The notes under the pieces were generated by a model that had not been told where the DNA came from, did not search any database, and worked only from the letters and a program-made list of their open reading frames with translations. Position numbers and translations under genes: made by a program. Of a stretch of 64,000 nt of DNA, positions 1 to 10,172 are shown one piece after another. The first letter of the stretch is position 1. Every line of letters starts with the position of its first letter. The DNA comes from Opitutales bacterium (GTDB lineage Bacteria > Verrucomicrobiota > Verrucomicrobiia > Opitutales > PNEW01), in NCBI GenBank assembly GCA_965197745.1, contig CBDANS010000004.1:96001-160000 (forward strand). The letters are read 5' to 3'.

Positions 1-1
1 G

Positions 2-736
2 TTAAAGGTTCCCCAGGGTTCCCATGTCCGCAAAATTATTGAGGCGATTGGATTTTTGCCATTACCCGAGCATGCGGAATCTTTCTCGTGGCGAAGGCAA
101 TTATTATTACGCATCCTTTTCCACCCCCGCCAGCGAATGCAGCTGTCGGAATGTCCTCCTATTGACCGTCTCGTGCGGCGTATTAATCCGGAACAGACCA
201 ATGATTGTTCCAACAACGGAAAGATTCAATACTTCTGGATTAAATCAATGCTCGCGCCTTATATCCTGACGACTATTGGTGATCGCCAGGAAATGGCGCA
301 CTCTATTGAAGGGCGCACCCCTTTTCTTGACCACACCCTTTTTGAAAAGGCTCGCTCCATACCCGAGCGATTCAAGATCCACAACGGGGTGGATAAATAT
401 GTATTACGAGAAGCCTTCAAGACCGAGGTAACGGAGGAGATTTACGGCCATGAAAAATGGCCATTTAGCGCCCCGCCCCTGTGGGTAAAAAAAGGCCTTT
501 ATCCCATTCTTGATTTGCTCATCGATCGTTACTTGAGCAATTCGGCGATTAATAAAACCGGTATTTTCAATTATCGCATGATTCAATGCTGCCGTCTTTT
601 TACACGATTGGTTTTCTTCGATTGCCAACTGAAGCGGCGCCTGAACATGATGTTGATTTTTATTCTGACTATTCAGATCCTCGATCATCTCTATGTTCAG
701 GATTTCGCTGCAAATCTGACGAAGCGAAAGAGATAA
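2..736 (+). CDS. Asparagine synthase (glutamine-hydrolysing)-family protein, C-terminal part (5' end outside window)
   Basis: Frame open from base 2; motifs GDRQEMAHSIEGRTPFLDH and DKYVLREAF typical of the AsnB C-terminal domain. Confidence 0.85.
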   Translation, partial: LKVPQGSHVRKIIEAIGFLPLPEHAESFSWRRQLLLRILFHPRQRMQLSECPPIDRLVRRINPEQTNDCSNNGKIQYFWIKSMLAPYILTTIGDRQEMAHSIEGRTPFLDHTLFEKARSIPERFKIHNGVDKYVLREAFKTEVTEEIYGHEKWPFSAPPLWVKKGLYPILDLLIDRYLSNSAINKTGIFNYRMIQCCRLFTRLVFFDCQLKRRLNMMLIFILTIQILDHLYVQDFAANLTKRKR

Positions 737-849
737 AAAGATAGGCTATCAATAGAAAAATGATACGCTTGCATGATGACGGTCTTTCCCTTCGCACCGG
801 TAGGTTCACTCCGACGGCGTGATGACCGCAGTTTATCTGTCTTCGAAGC

Positions 850-2064
850 TCAGGGACGGACCGGTGTTCCATCGGGGATGCGGGCCTGTGTCCACCATTG
901 CCCTTGAATGTCGCTATCTTTACAAGGGTGTCTGGCCGCAAGCGATTCATCGATGTCTATGCCGAGACCGGAGTTTTCATTGGGATACAAATAGCCATCA
1001 CGGACTTCAGGTATGCCGGGAAACATGTCACAGGTTAAATTATTGAAGCGGCACCACTCCTGAATTCCAAAATTGGGAGCCCAAAGATCGAGGTGGAGAT
1101 TGGCGGTGTGGCCGACAGGTGAGACATCACCCGGACCATGCCAGGCAGTTCTAATGCCGTAGATCCTGGCAAAAGCGGCAACATTTCGAGCCGGTGTAAG
1201 TCCACCCATAATGCTGATGTGCATACGGATGAAATCGATGAGACGATCCTGGATAAGGGGAGTCCATTCAAGGGGATGGGAAAAGAGCTCACCCATGGCG
1301 AGGGGAGTGGAACACTGACTTCGCATATGGCGAAACCATTCAATATCTTCGGGAGCTAGCGCATCTTCTAAAAAAAACAGCTTATAGGGTTCTACATCTT
1401 TGGCAAAAGCGATGGCGTCAATGGGCTGTAAACGTTCGTGAATATCGTGAAGGAGTTCTATTTCTGGCCCTACGGAATTTCGTATATGCTCAATCATCCC
1501 CACCGCTTTCCGACTGTAATCCCGGGGATCATAGTAAACGCCATCGGGCGCGCCATCAGGCTTGTGAAAATTCGCTGCCTGACCTCCATAGCCGCCCATC
1601 TGAATACGGATATACTTGTAACCCTGCTCGATAAATTGTTTCACACTGTCTTCAACTTCAAGCCTGTCCTTTCCGTCCGCGTGGGTGTAAACTGCTGCCG
1701 CTTCCCGGCATTTTCCCCCGAATAATTGGTAGACCGGCATGCCCGCGCGTTTGCCTTTAATGTCCCAGAGGGCTATATCCACCCCGGAAATGGCATTGTT
1801 GAGGACCGGACCGTTGCGCCAGTAAGCGTTGACCATCGACATCTGCCAGATCTCCTCAATCCTATCAACGTCTCTTCCGATGAGGAAGGGGCGAAGGTGA
1901 TCCTCGATAGTTTTATGGACGGCGTGAAAACGCGGAGAAAAAGTGGCACAACCTAATCCATACAGGCCGGGTTCAGAGGTGATAACTTTGACAACAATTA
2001 GCGGTGAACCTTCCGGCTGGGTCAAAATCGTTTTTACATCTTTTATCGTTACTGGTGTGGCCAT
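850..2064 (-). CDS. Enolase superfamily sugar-acid dehydratase (RspA/mannonate dehydratase-like)
   Basis: YWRNGPVLNNAISGVDIALWDIKGK, LLHDIHER, FFLED, MGELF, WHGPGD motifs. Confidence 0.9.
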   Translation of the reverse strand: MATPVTIKDVKTILTQPEGSPLIVVKVITSEPGLYGLGCATFSPRFHAVHKTIEDHLRPFLIGRDVDRIEEIWQMSMVNAYWRNGPVLNNAISGVDIALWDIKGKRAGMPVYQLFGGKCREAAAVYTHADGKDRLEVEDSVKQFIEQGYKYIRIQMGGYGGQAANFHKPDGAPDGVYYDPRDYSRKAVGMIEHIRNSVGPEIELLHDIHERLQPIDAIAFAKDVEPYKLFFLEDALAPEDIEWFRHMRSQCSTPLAMGELFSHPLEWTPLIQDRLIDFIRMHISIMGGLTPARNVAAFARIYGIRTAWHGPGDVSPVGHTANLHLDLWAPNFGIQEWCRFNNLTCDMFPGIPEVRDGYLYPNENSGLGIDIDESLAARHPCKDSDIQGQWWTQARIPDGTPVRP

Positions 2065-2189
2065 ATGCCTTTTGAATTTAAATTAATGATGGTTGCGAAA
2101 TTTGAAAAAATACTGGAACTATGAATTAGTCCAATTTTATTATAGAGGAAACGATCCACAACTGTAATTAGAATTTACCAAGGGCAATC

Positions 2190-2996
2190 ATGTCGTTTAA
2201 GTTAGGTTACTGTACCCTGCGCTGGAAGAACCCGGAATTAGAACCAGCCTTAGAGGCCCTCAAGAGAGCAGGGTGGGATGGATGGGAAGGCCGCTTGCCG
2301 CTTAATTGGCTGGGTACACCGCAACGGGTGCAGCGTATCTGTAAAAATACCGACATGCCCCTGGCAATATTGACGGCAGAGGGGACACCCGATAACCGCG
2401 ATCCCGAAAACATCGAACGAAACAAACGTCGTATGGAATTTGCTGCTGAAATCGGCGCTGATTGTTTTATGTACATGAACGGTTCCAAACCGGAAGGAAA
2501 AGCGGTGAATGATGATGATCTTAAGGCAGCGGCAGAAGGTGCTGAGACGTGGGCCGACTATGCCGCGCAATACGATTTAGAGCTGAGTTATCATATCCAT
2601 ACCAACTTATTAGTCGATAGCGCTGAGGACTGGAAAACCTATATGGGATACCTTGACAAAGCTAAACTATGCATTGATGTCTCGCATGCTCAACTCTGGG
2701 GCTATGACCCGGTCGAAGCCATTCGAGACTACAAGGATCAACTGAATTATATCCATTTGCAGGACTATTCCTCCTACACCCAACACGATAACGGTTTCCA
2801 TGATCCGCACTGGTGCGCTGTGGGGGAAGCAGAAGCCTGTGATTTCACGGCGATTGCGGGAATACTTAAAGAAATTAACTATAACCGCTGGGTCACAGGT
2901 TGCCCGGGTGAGCCGCAGCCGGGAAGAGAAGATGCTTTAAGCATCGCTGAGTGCAGTCAATCGATGTACGATTACATACGCCGGGTCGGTTACTAG
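2190..2996 (+). CDS. Sugar phosphate isomerase/epimerase (xylose-isomerase-like TIM barrel, IolE-like)
   Basis: YHIH, CIDVSH, YIHLQD metal-binding pattern. Confidence 0.75.
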   Translation: MSFKLGYCTLRWKNPELEPALEALKRAGWDGWEGRLPLNWLGTPQRVQRICKNTDMPLAILTAEGTPDNRDPENIERNKRRMEFAAEIGADCFMYMNGSKPEGKAVNDDDLKAAAEGAETWADYAAQYDLELSYHIHTNLLVDSAEDWKTYMGYLDKAKLCIDVSHAQLWGYDPVEAIRDYKDQLNYIHLQDYSSYTQHDNGFHDPHWCAVGEAEACDFTAIAGILKEINYNRWVTGCPGEPQPGREDALSIAECSQSMYDYIRRVGY

Positions 2997-3086
2997 CGTA
3001 TTATTATCGTTTCTAAAGAAGCGCTGTAACTACTATCCCATATCCTGTCGTCATTTCGAGATAACCCCCGGAGAGCTTTTACTCAG

Positions 3087-3942
3087 CTAAATATTTTGTG
3101 TGTCTAAGTAACCCCACTCGCGCAACCAGTTAATCCAGTGTTCTCGCCGTGAACTGTTCTCATTATTCGCAACCCAGGAGGGATGAAATTGTGGACCAAA
3201 GGTTTTATTACGTATCCTGCTATTCTTCATGATGTCCACGTAATTTTGCACCGAATTCTTTTCTTCAGCGGATTGAGGATTTTTAAAAAAATTAAAAGTG
3301 CATGTTCTGCGGTCTAAATAACCACCCCAGGCTGCATGCCAGGTGCGGCCATTAAAAGTAATCATGTCTCCCGGTTGCGAGGTGAAGACAAAAGCGGGGA
3401 TATCGCAAATTTCAAGACCGGCCTTTTTTTAAAAACGATGCATCACCCGACCCGCCGCGCAATCCTATTTTTGTGAGTTCATCGTGATAGGGACTTTTAT
3501 GGGAACCGGGAATCACTCGCAACGCGCCTTTCTCAGCTGTAGTGGCTTGCAAATAAATGACGTTTTTAAGCATGTGAAAATCAGGATCTACGAAGTCCGG
3601 GTGCCAGCTCGTGTTTTGGGAGTAGCTGTTGGAATTGGATAGGATGGGAACGGCGCCCTTTCCCATAAGCATTTCAGAGGCATCAGCAATGCGAGGATCT
3701 TCAAGTATATTGGTAAGAAAGGGTGTGTTGGGATGCCGGTTTGCCCAGTTAACATTGGATAAGCGTTCTCCCTCACGGGCACTCGTTTCCTTTAACACTA
3801 CTTTATATTGTTTATCAAATTCTTCGTTAATCGTCTTTATTTCGTCAGTAGTGAACACATTTCGACGAACAATGAAACCAAAGGTGTTAAAATGCTCGAC
3901 TTGAGATTCTGTCAGTATTGATGGGGATGTGATTTGGATCAT
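3087..3942 (-). pseudogene. Phytanoyl-CoA dioxygenase (PhyH) family, split by a +1 frameshift in an A7 run near 3424-3430
   Basis: WHPD and LRVIPGSH in 3412..3942; removing one A joins to AFVFTSQPGDMITFNGRTWHAAWGG of 3087..3365. May be a sequencing error. Confidence 0.8.
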
Positions 3943-4161
3943 TTTATTCCTTTTTTATTATTGTTTGTATAATCCAAAAATGAGCGAGTATAAAAAATGC
4001 GATTAAAATTTATCAGTTGGCCGGTTGGGCCCAATGGCGATTGGCTGATCATTCTCCTTAACACCGTGTTTATTGAATACACACACTTGACTTCAAATGT
4101 GAAAAAGGCAGTCTTGATCATTTCTCTCCGCAAGGAATTCATAGTAATGGTTATAAAATAT

Positions 4162-4248
4162 GCCGAGGTGGCGGAATTGGCAGACGCGCTAGGTTCAGGA
4201 TCTAGTACTCGCAAGGGTGTGAGGGTTCGAGTCCCTCTCTCGGCACCA
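4162..4248 (+). tRNA. tRNA-Leu(CAG)
   Basis: Acceptor GCCGAGG/TCTCGGC+ACCA, D-loop GGAATTGGCAGAC, anticodon arm CTAGG-TTCAGGA-TCTAG, long variable arm, GGTTCGAGTCC T-arm, encoded CCA. Confidence 0.96.
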
Positions 4249-4305
4249 TTATTTATCGACATTTTGTCAAGATTTGCTAATTTGAGTTAGCAAATCATGA
4301 TCTAG

Positions 4306-5296
4306 ATGGCGAAACAAAGATTTAAAATCAACAAGTTTACCAACCCGGGTGGGTCAGAAGCCTGGCGTTTATCCGGTACCCTAAATAGTAAGCAAATTCG
4401 CAAGAATTTCAAGTCCCGAAACGATGCCGTCGCCGAGCGTCAACAGTTATCGATCCGCTATTTAAACGAACAATCAGAAGGGCAGACGGTTTGGACCACG
4501 CTGACCCACGGGCAGAACAAAGAGGCCATTGCAGCTATTAATCTTCTTAAGCAAACCAACTCCAATAAGCCTCTCACCTTTGCTGTTAACTATTTCTTAG
4601 AGCATTATAAAGAAGCCGCCGAGACAATGACAATCGAAGAAGCCGTCCGAGAGTATTGCGATCATAAATCCAAGGAAATGGAGCGTGGTATCATCTCATT
4701 TTGCCAAGAGCAGGGCATTATTCGTGAGATGAAAAAGCTAAAACGCTATTTCGCGGGGCGGATAGTGAATGAAATTCAACCTGTTGAGTTGAATACTTAC
4801 CTCGACACACGACACGGTCGCTCAAAGGCAGTGCTCACCCTTAAAACCTGGAATAACCGCCGTGGATACCTAAGCACCTTTTTCAAGTACTGCGTGGCGA
4901 AAAAATATATAGGAGAAAACCCGATCCTGGAAGTTCCCCAGTATAAAATTAAACATCGCAGGGGAAGCGCCGAGATTCTCTCTGCTCGTGAAGCAGCCGA
5001 GCTGATGGAGTGGCTGGAAACCTATCGGGGCAAGCAGAACAGGGACGGGACCTGGTGGGGAGACCCCGGGTGCATGGTGCCCTATTTTGCATTGGCCCTG
5101 TTTGCAGGAATCAGACCCGACTGGAAGCATGGTGAAATGAGCAAACTCAAGCCCAAGCACATCCGCATGGATACCGGGGTTATCCTTATCGAACCGGAGG
5201 TCTCGAAAGTTAAGGAAAAGCGTGCCATTAAAATCCAACCCAACCTTAGTCTGTGGCTGGAGAAGTATCCACCTGCCCTCTACCCGATCATCCCAA
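4306..5296 (+). pseudogene. Tyrosine recombinase/integrase truncated by IS3 insertion
   Basis: FAGIRP catalytic Arg and SKVK present; HxxR and Tyr motifs missing; the last 17 aa of the ORF (MVVTTKTG...) are read from the IS left end. Confidence 0.88.
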
Positions 5297-6614
5297 TGGT
5301 CGTGACCACGAAAACTGGTCCACTTGAAAAGTTAGTCTGGTCCAACTAGAAAGGACACAGACAATGAAAGGCAAAAGATACACGACCGAAGAGAAAATAC
5401 GGATGCTGCGCCAGGCGGACAAAGGGAAAACGATCCTGGAAGCATGCCGCGAGAACAACATAAGCGAACAGACCTTCCACCGCTGGAAACGTGAGTTTGG
5501 GATGATTGATGTCAACCAGGCCAAGCGGATGAAGGAGCTCTTTGAAGGAGAACGCGCGGTTAAAACGGATGCTGGCGGACAAGATGCTGGGGATAGAGAT
5601 CCTGCAGGAGACCCTCGAAAAAAAACTGTAAGCCCTGGGCACAAGCGGCAAGTGGCAGAGAGACTTGTGACTCGGGGCCAGTGTTCGATGCGAGCGGGGT
5701 GCCGGTACTTTCGGCTGCACCGTTCCACCTATGCGTATAGGGCCAAGCATCCGGATGCCTGGCTAACGAAACTAAAAGCGGCAGTAAGGCGGTTATCACG
5801 GCAATACGCGAGGTGGGGCTATCCCAAGATCACGAAGCTGTTGAAGGACGAAGGCTGGCAGGTGGGTAAACGTCTCGTGCAAGGTCTGCGACGTGAACTG
5901 GGTCTGGCGATCCCCCCACGCAAGCCAAGACGCCGGCGCAGGGGTGTCTGCACCGGGCTACCGACAAAGGCCGAACATCCCGACCATGTTTGGACCTGGG
6001 ATTTTATCCACGATAAGACGGTTCGCGGCGGCAGTCTAAAAATGCTGACCGTGCTCGATGAGTACACCCGCGAGTGCCGGGTGATCCATGTTGATCGCCA
6101 TATCAATGCGGAAACGGTGCGCGGTATCATGCAAAAACTGCTCGACCGGCATGGGCCGCCAAAATATATTCGTAGCGACAACGGTTCCGTTCCGAGGAGC
6201 GAAGCGACGACATGCAAAGCCATTCATTGAAAGCCAATTGAGAGCCTGGCTAACTGCGATGAAAATCAAAACCCTCTATATCGAACCAGCAAGCCCTTGG
6301 CAGAACGGATACATTGAATCGTTCCATGCCCGTTTTCGCGAGGAGTGTTTAAACCGTGAACAGTTATGGACTTTGACCGAAGCCCGCGTGGTCATCGAAG
6401 ATTGGCGCTGGCTTTACAATCATGTCCGACCCCACCGCAGCCTCGGCAACATCACTCCACGGCACTTCACTGAAAACCTCAATACCGAAGGCTCGGGCTC
6501 CATTCGGGCTACGCCCTCATTGCGCCCAAGCCTTGACTTCCTCTACCAACTTAACTTCAACATTAACCTCTCCAGACTAACTCTCCCTGTGGACCAGTTT
6601 GTGTAACCCGACCA
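5297..6614 (+). mobile_element. IS3-family element, variant A, copy 1 (1318 bp, carries 31-bp core insert)
   Basis: TG..CA ends with IRs TGGTCGTGACCACGAAAACTGGTCCAC / GTGGACCAGTTTGTGTAACCCGACCA; OrfA HTH, A8 slippery run, WTWDF/SDNG/IESF DDE motifs. Confidence 0.95.
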
Positions 6615-6676
6615 GAGTCCTTTCTAGGTTACCCAGACTAACTTTTCAAGTGTACCAGTTTTCGTGGTCACGACCA
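6615..6676 (-). mobile_element. 62-bp left-end fragment of IS3 variant B, inverted
   Basis: Reverse complement equals 42312-42373 (GGTACAC, GGGTAACC, GGACTC diagnostic of variant B). Confidence 0.92.
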
Positions 6677-7145
6677 TACGGAGTATTATCTATCCTCAAG
6701 ATATTGTTATTTCGCTAATTTACTGCGCCCTGCATATTTCAGTGCTTATCATTCTATTGAATGTATGGCGAAGGGATTCTTAGAGTTTAAAAACCCTAAG
6801 ATTGATGGTGAATCCTACGGACATAATTGGAGTCATATATTTAAAGATTTGATAAAACATTATCCTAAAGCAAAATATATATCCATCCCTGATTATATGA
6901 TTAAAGAAATCAGCTATTTATCAATCAGATACCCGAAAGGCACATTACTAGTTGCACCTACTAATTTTGTTAATGATGTAGACAAGCGTTTTTTATCAAT
7001 GATTCAACTAGTCTCTCCAAATGATCTAAAGTGGCTAGAAAATATTATTGATGAAAAGGAGGAAATAACACCGGGATTATTTAGCCGCGACAATCTCTAC
7101 AAACAAAATTTTATTAATTACTTTAGAGGTAGTGGGGGTAGTTAA
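6677..7145 (+). pseudogene. AT-rich hypothetical gene, 5'-truncated at the IS junction
   Basis: Frame of ORF 6765..7145 stays open upstream right to the IS end. Confidence 0.55.
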
Positions 7146-7217
7146 ATAATCAGCGATAAATATAATCCATATGCGTTGAAATTTTTCAACTTCGATATCG
7201 TGACAGGGGCTTAATAT

Positions 7218-7973
7218 TCATTCGAGGTAGTCACAAATATCAGGGATCAATTTTGCGCGCCGACCATTGGGTAATCTTTTCAGGTAGGGATCGACTTCAA
7301 CCAGCTGATCTTCCTCGTAAAGGTCATCCCCCTCGATAATAGTTTCAGGAAGGGTGCTCCCAGGCTCTGGCTCCAGGTCATCAAAGATGAGCGATAGTCT
7401 TCGCGATTCAGGATAGAGCACGTAGGCTGGATTTGATACCCGACCTTTTTTTATAAATTCAAAGAGACAGGGGTAGTGATTTTTCTCGTAGTGCTGGATG
7501 AAATCCCTGACCCAGTTATTAGGAACGGTCTCGCGTTTATTCAACAAAACGACATCGGAGAAATGAATACAGGCTTCGAACCATGTTTTTAAGGATGATT
7601 GATTTTGACAAAGACCACAATTTACGACGCAAAGGGTACGCGCGACTTCAAGGTTGTTTTTACTTATCCACGCACTGAGCGACTCTATCTGGTCAACAGG
7701 ATTTAAGCGACCGCTGGTAATAAAAAAAACTCTCTTCCTGTCTTCAGGTAAATGATCAGCGATTATTTCCCCTTCTGAGGTAAAACGCCATGAAATTAAA
7801 GCTACATCGGGGAGCGCTTGAATTTGTTCATCAAAGGAAGAAGGCTTCTCGTTTTCAGCAAGTAAAACAGCAGTTTTACCTTTGTGATTTTCACTACTGT
7901 TTTCGATAAGATCGAAGGCTATATCCCGTCGCCCCGAACCGGGAGCTCCCAAAAATATATAAATGGGAATCAT
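7218..7973 (-). CDS. Conserved hypothetical protein with P-loop-like N-terminus (CobW/GTPase-like fold)
   Basis: IFLGAPGSGRR and SDVVLLNKRE motifs; directly downstream of aroC. Confidence 0.65.
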   Translation of the reverse strand: MIPIYIFLGAPGSGRRDIAFDLIENSSENHKGKTAVLLAENEKPSSFDEQIQALPDVALISWRFTSEGEIIADHLPEDRKRVFFITSGRLNPVDQIESLSAWISKNNLEVARTLCVVNCGLCQNQSSLKTWFEACIHFSDVVLLNKRETVPNNWVRDFIQHYEKNHYPCLFEFIKKGRVSNPAYVLYPESRRLSLIFDDLEPEPGSTLPETIIEGDDLYEEDQLVEVDPYLKRLPNGRRAKLIPDICDYLE

Positions 7974-7986
7974 CGTCGAACATGAT

Positions 7987-9081
7987 TTATTTAAATTTGA
8001 AAGTGCCGCATTGGGCCTGTTGGCGCATCCAATGATCAACGAGAACTAAGCCCGTCATGGCTTCTACAATCGGCACCGCGCGTGGGACAACACAGGGATC
8101 GTGTCTGCCACGCGCTTTAAGAACCGTGTTTTCACCTTTTACATTTACGGTGTCCTGTTCTTGAAGAATGGTAGCGGTAGGTTTGAAAGCGACTTTAAAG
8201 TAGAGTTCTTCACCATTGCTAATCCCACCCTGTACCCCGCCGGAGTTATTTGTGCGGGTGCGAACTTTATTATCACGCATTTCAAAGGGATCGTTGTGCT
8301 CTGAACCAGTGAGGTAAGTTCCGGCGAACCCGCTGCCCACCTCGAAACCTTTAGTCGCGGGTAAAGATAACATGGCTTTGGCGAGATCAGCTTCCAGACG
8401 ATCGAAGACCGGTTCGCCTAACCCTACGGGCAGGTTGCGGGTACGACAGAGGATAATGCCACCGACCGAGTCGCCATTCTTTTGTATCTTTTTAATCCGC
8501 GTAATCATTTTATCCGCGGTCTCTGCATCCGGACAGCGCACCGGACTTGCTTCGACTTCCTCAAGACTGGGAAAATTTTCAAGCGGCGACAATTCGATAT
8601 CATGAATACGCGTAATGTAAGCAATTATATCAACGTCGAGGATAGTCTTTAATATTTTTTTCGCGATGGCCCCTGCGGCAACCCGCCCCGCCGTTTCGCG
8701 CGCTGATGACCGGCCACCGCCTTCATGATTACGCCGGCCGAATTTTGCTTCATAAGTGTAATCGGCATGAGAGGGTCGATATTTTTCTTTTATCTCATCA
8801 TAGGCATCCGGGCGAGCATCCTTGTTAGGGATTGTCATCGCGATGGGCGTTCCGAGGGTCCGCCCCTCATAAAGACCGGAAACGATTTTTACGATGTCCG
8901 TTTCCTTGCGTGTGCTTGTGATACTACTTTGTCCGGGACGTCGCCGGTCCAGCTCTTTTTGGATGTCCGCTTCCGATAATGGTAAATCAGGGGGGCAGCC
9001 ATCAACAACCACGCCGAGACCTCCTCCATGACTCTCTCCCCATGTGGATAATGTGAATAACTTACCGAAAGTGTTGCCCAT
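7987..9081 (-). CDS. aroC: Chorismate synthase
   Basis: [28 protein letters not shown] signatures. Confidence 0.98.
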   Translation of the reverse strand: MGNTFGKLFTLSTWGESHGGGLGVVVDGCPPDLPLSEADIQKELDRRRPGQSSITSTRKETDIVKIVSGLYEGRTLGTPIAMTIPNKDARPDAYDEIKEKYRPSHADYTYEAKFGRRNHEGGGRSSARETAGRVAAGAIAKKILKTILDVDIIAYITRIHDIELSPLENFPSLEEVEASPVRCPDAETADKMITRIKKIQKNGDSVGGIILCRTRNLPVGLGEPVFDRLEADLAKAMLSLPATKGFEVGSGFAGTYLTGSEHNDPFEMRDNKVRTRTNNSGGVQGGISNGEELYFKVAFKPTATILQEQDTVNVKGENTVLKARGRHDPCVVPRAVPIVEAMTGLVLVDHWMRQQAQCGTFKFK

Positions 9082-9253
9082 GATTAATCAATGTTGTGCA
9101 GAACTTTGTTAATATCTCTTCTTCTCCTGAACAATATAGAAGCAAAACCCCTATTCACATAATTATCAAGAACGAAGGTGAAGCACGATGAGCGCCATAC
9201 GTTGCCGATAGGCATGTATCAATTTACAATTAATTCATCAATAGTTATTCACA
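9043..9253. promoter_or_regulatory. Cluster of DnaA-box-like 9-mers
   Basis: TGTGGATAA 9043, TGTGAATAA 9052 and TTATTCACA 9245 match TTWTNCACA; single mismatches at 9095 and 9151. Confidence 0.5.
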
Positions 9254-9340
9254 ATTAATTTTTTCTCTGGCAAGAGAATGGATTAGAGATACATCTATAA
9301 AAGATGAGTAATATGGGTGTTGACGGTCAGATCATCTGCT

Positions 9341-10123
9341 ATGGTTAATGAAGTTTCAAAGACCCGCTTACTGGAATTCGACCGTAGAGCGCTGGAAAAT
9401 AAAGACCGGCTCATTGGTGTGGATGAAAGTGGCAGGGGGGCTCTTGCGGGACCGGTAGTTGCCGCTGCGGTTTGTCTTGATGAACAATTTTACGATAGCG
9501 AATGGTGCAGTCGAGAAGCTCATGCGATTGGAGATTCCAAACAATTAAGTTCAGTGAAAAGAGAAAACCTTTTTGCGGAATTTAATCTGCTTAAAAGAAA
9601 AGGGTTTATTAAGACTGAAGTGGGTATCGCCACGGTTGAAGACATTGAAAAGCATAATATCCTTGGTGCCACACGCATCGCGATGCAAAAAGCGGTTGAA
9701 GCAATTGCCTCTGTGGGTGATGAACCGGTGTCCCTTACCTCAATTGATAACGAGGATAATCTTTTTCATAATATAATAACAGATACCGATGAACGCCACG
9801 AGCGTAATTGCATTTTAGTGGATGGGAGACCTTTGCGGCCTTTTCCCTACAGTCATGTTGCGGTGGTTGAAGGAGATGATAAATCACTCGTCATCGCGAT
9901 GGCTTCGATTATTGCTAAAGTCACGCGTGACACATTGATGTTGGAACTCGATCACCTCTACCCTCAATACGGATTTGCCCGCCATAAGGGCTACGGAACG
10001 ACGCGACATCAGGCTGCATTATTGAACGAAGGGCCAACTCCTGTCCATCGCTCCCTTTTTCTGAGAAAACTTTTTAGAACTGACAGTCAGGAATTCCAGT
10101 CCGTCCTGGAATTAAGTTCTTAA
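9341..10123 (+). CDS. rnhB: Ribonuclease HII
   Basis: GVDESGRGALAGPV, DSKQL, ASIIAKVTRD, HKGYGT. Confidence 0.96.
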   Translation: MVNEVSKTRLLEFDRRALENKDRLIGVDESGRGALAGPVVAAAVCLDEQFYDSEWCSREAHAIGDSKQLSSVKRENLFAEFNLLKRKGFIKTEVGIATVEDIEKHNILGATRIAMQKAVEAIASVGDEPVSLTSIDNEDNLFHNIITDTDERHERNCILVDGRPLRPFPYSHVAVVEGDDKSLVIAMASIIAKVTRDTLMLELDHLYPQYGFARHKGYGTTRHQAALLNEGPTPVHRSLFLRKLFRTDSQEFQSVLELSS

Positions 10124-10172
10124 AGATTCCGCGAAGCCGGGGATGGACATAGAAATAAGGTTTCGTTAATTA

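Noticed and set aside
4261..4270. TTGACAAAAT upstream of both integrases (also 39286-39295)
   Set aside because: Only 10 bp, AT-rich, opposite orientations, and resembles a generic -35 box; not enough to call an att or arm site
3939..4290. ORFs 3939..4262 (-) and 3997..4290 (+)
   Set aside because: Shadow translations of the tRNA-Leu gene
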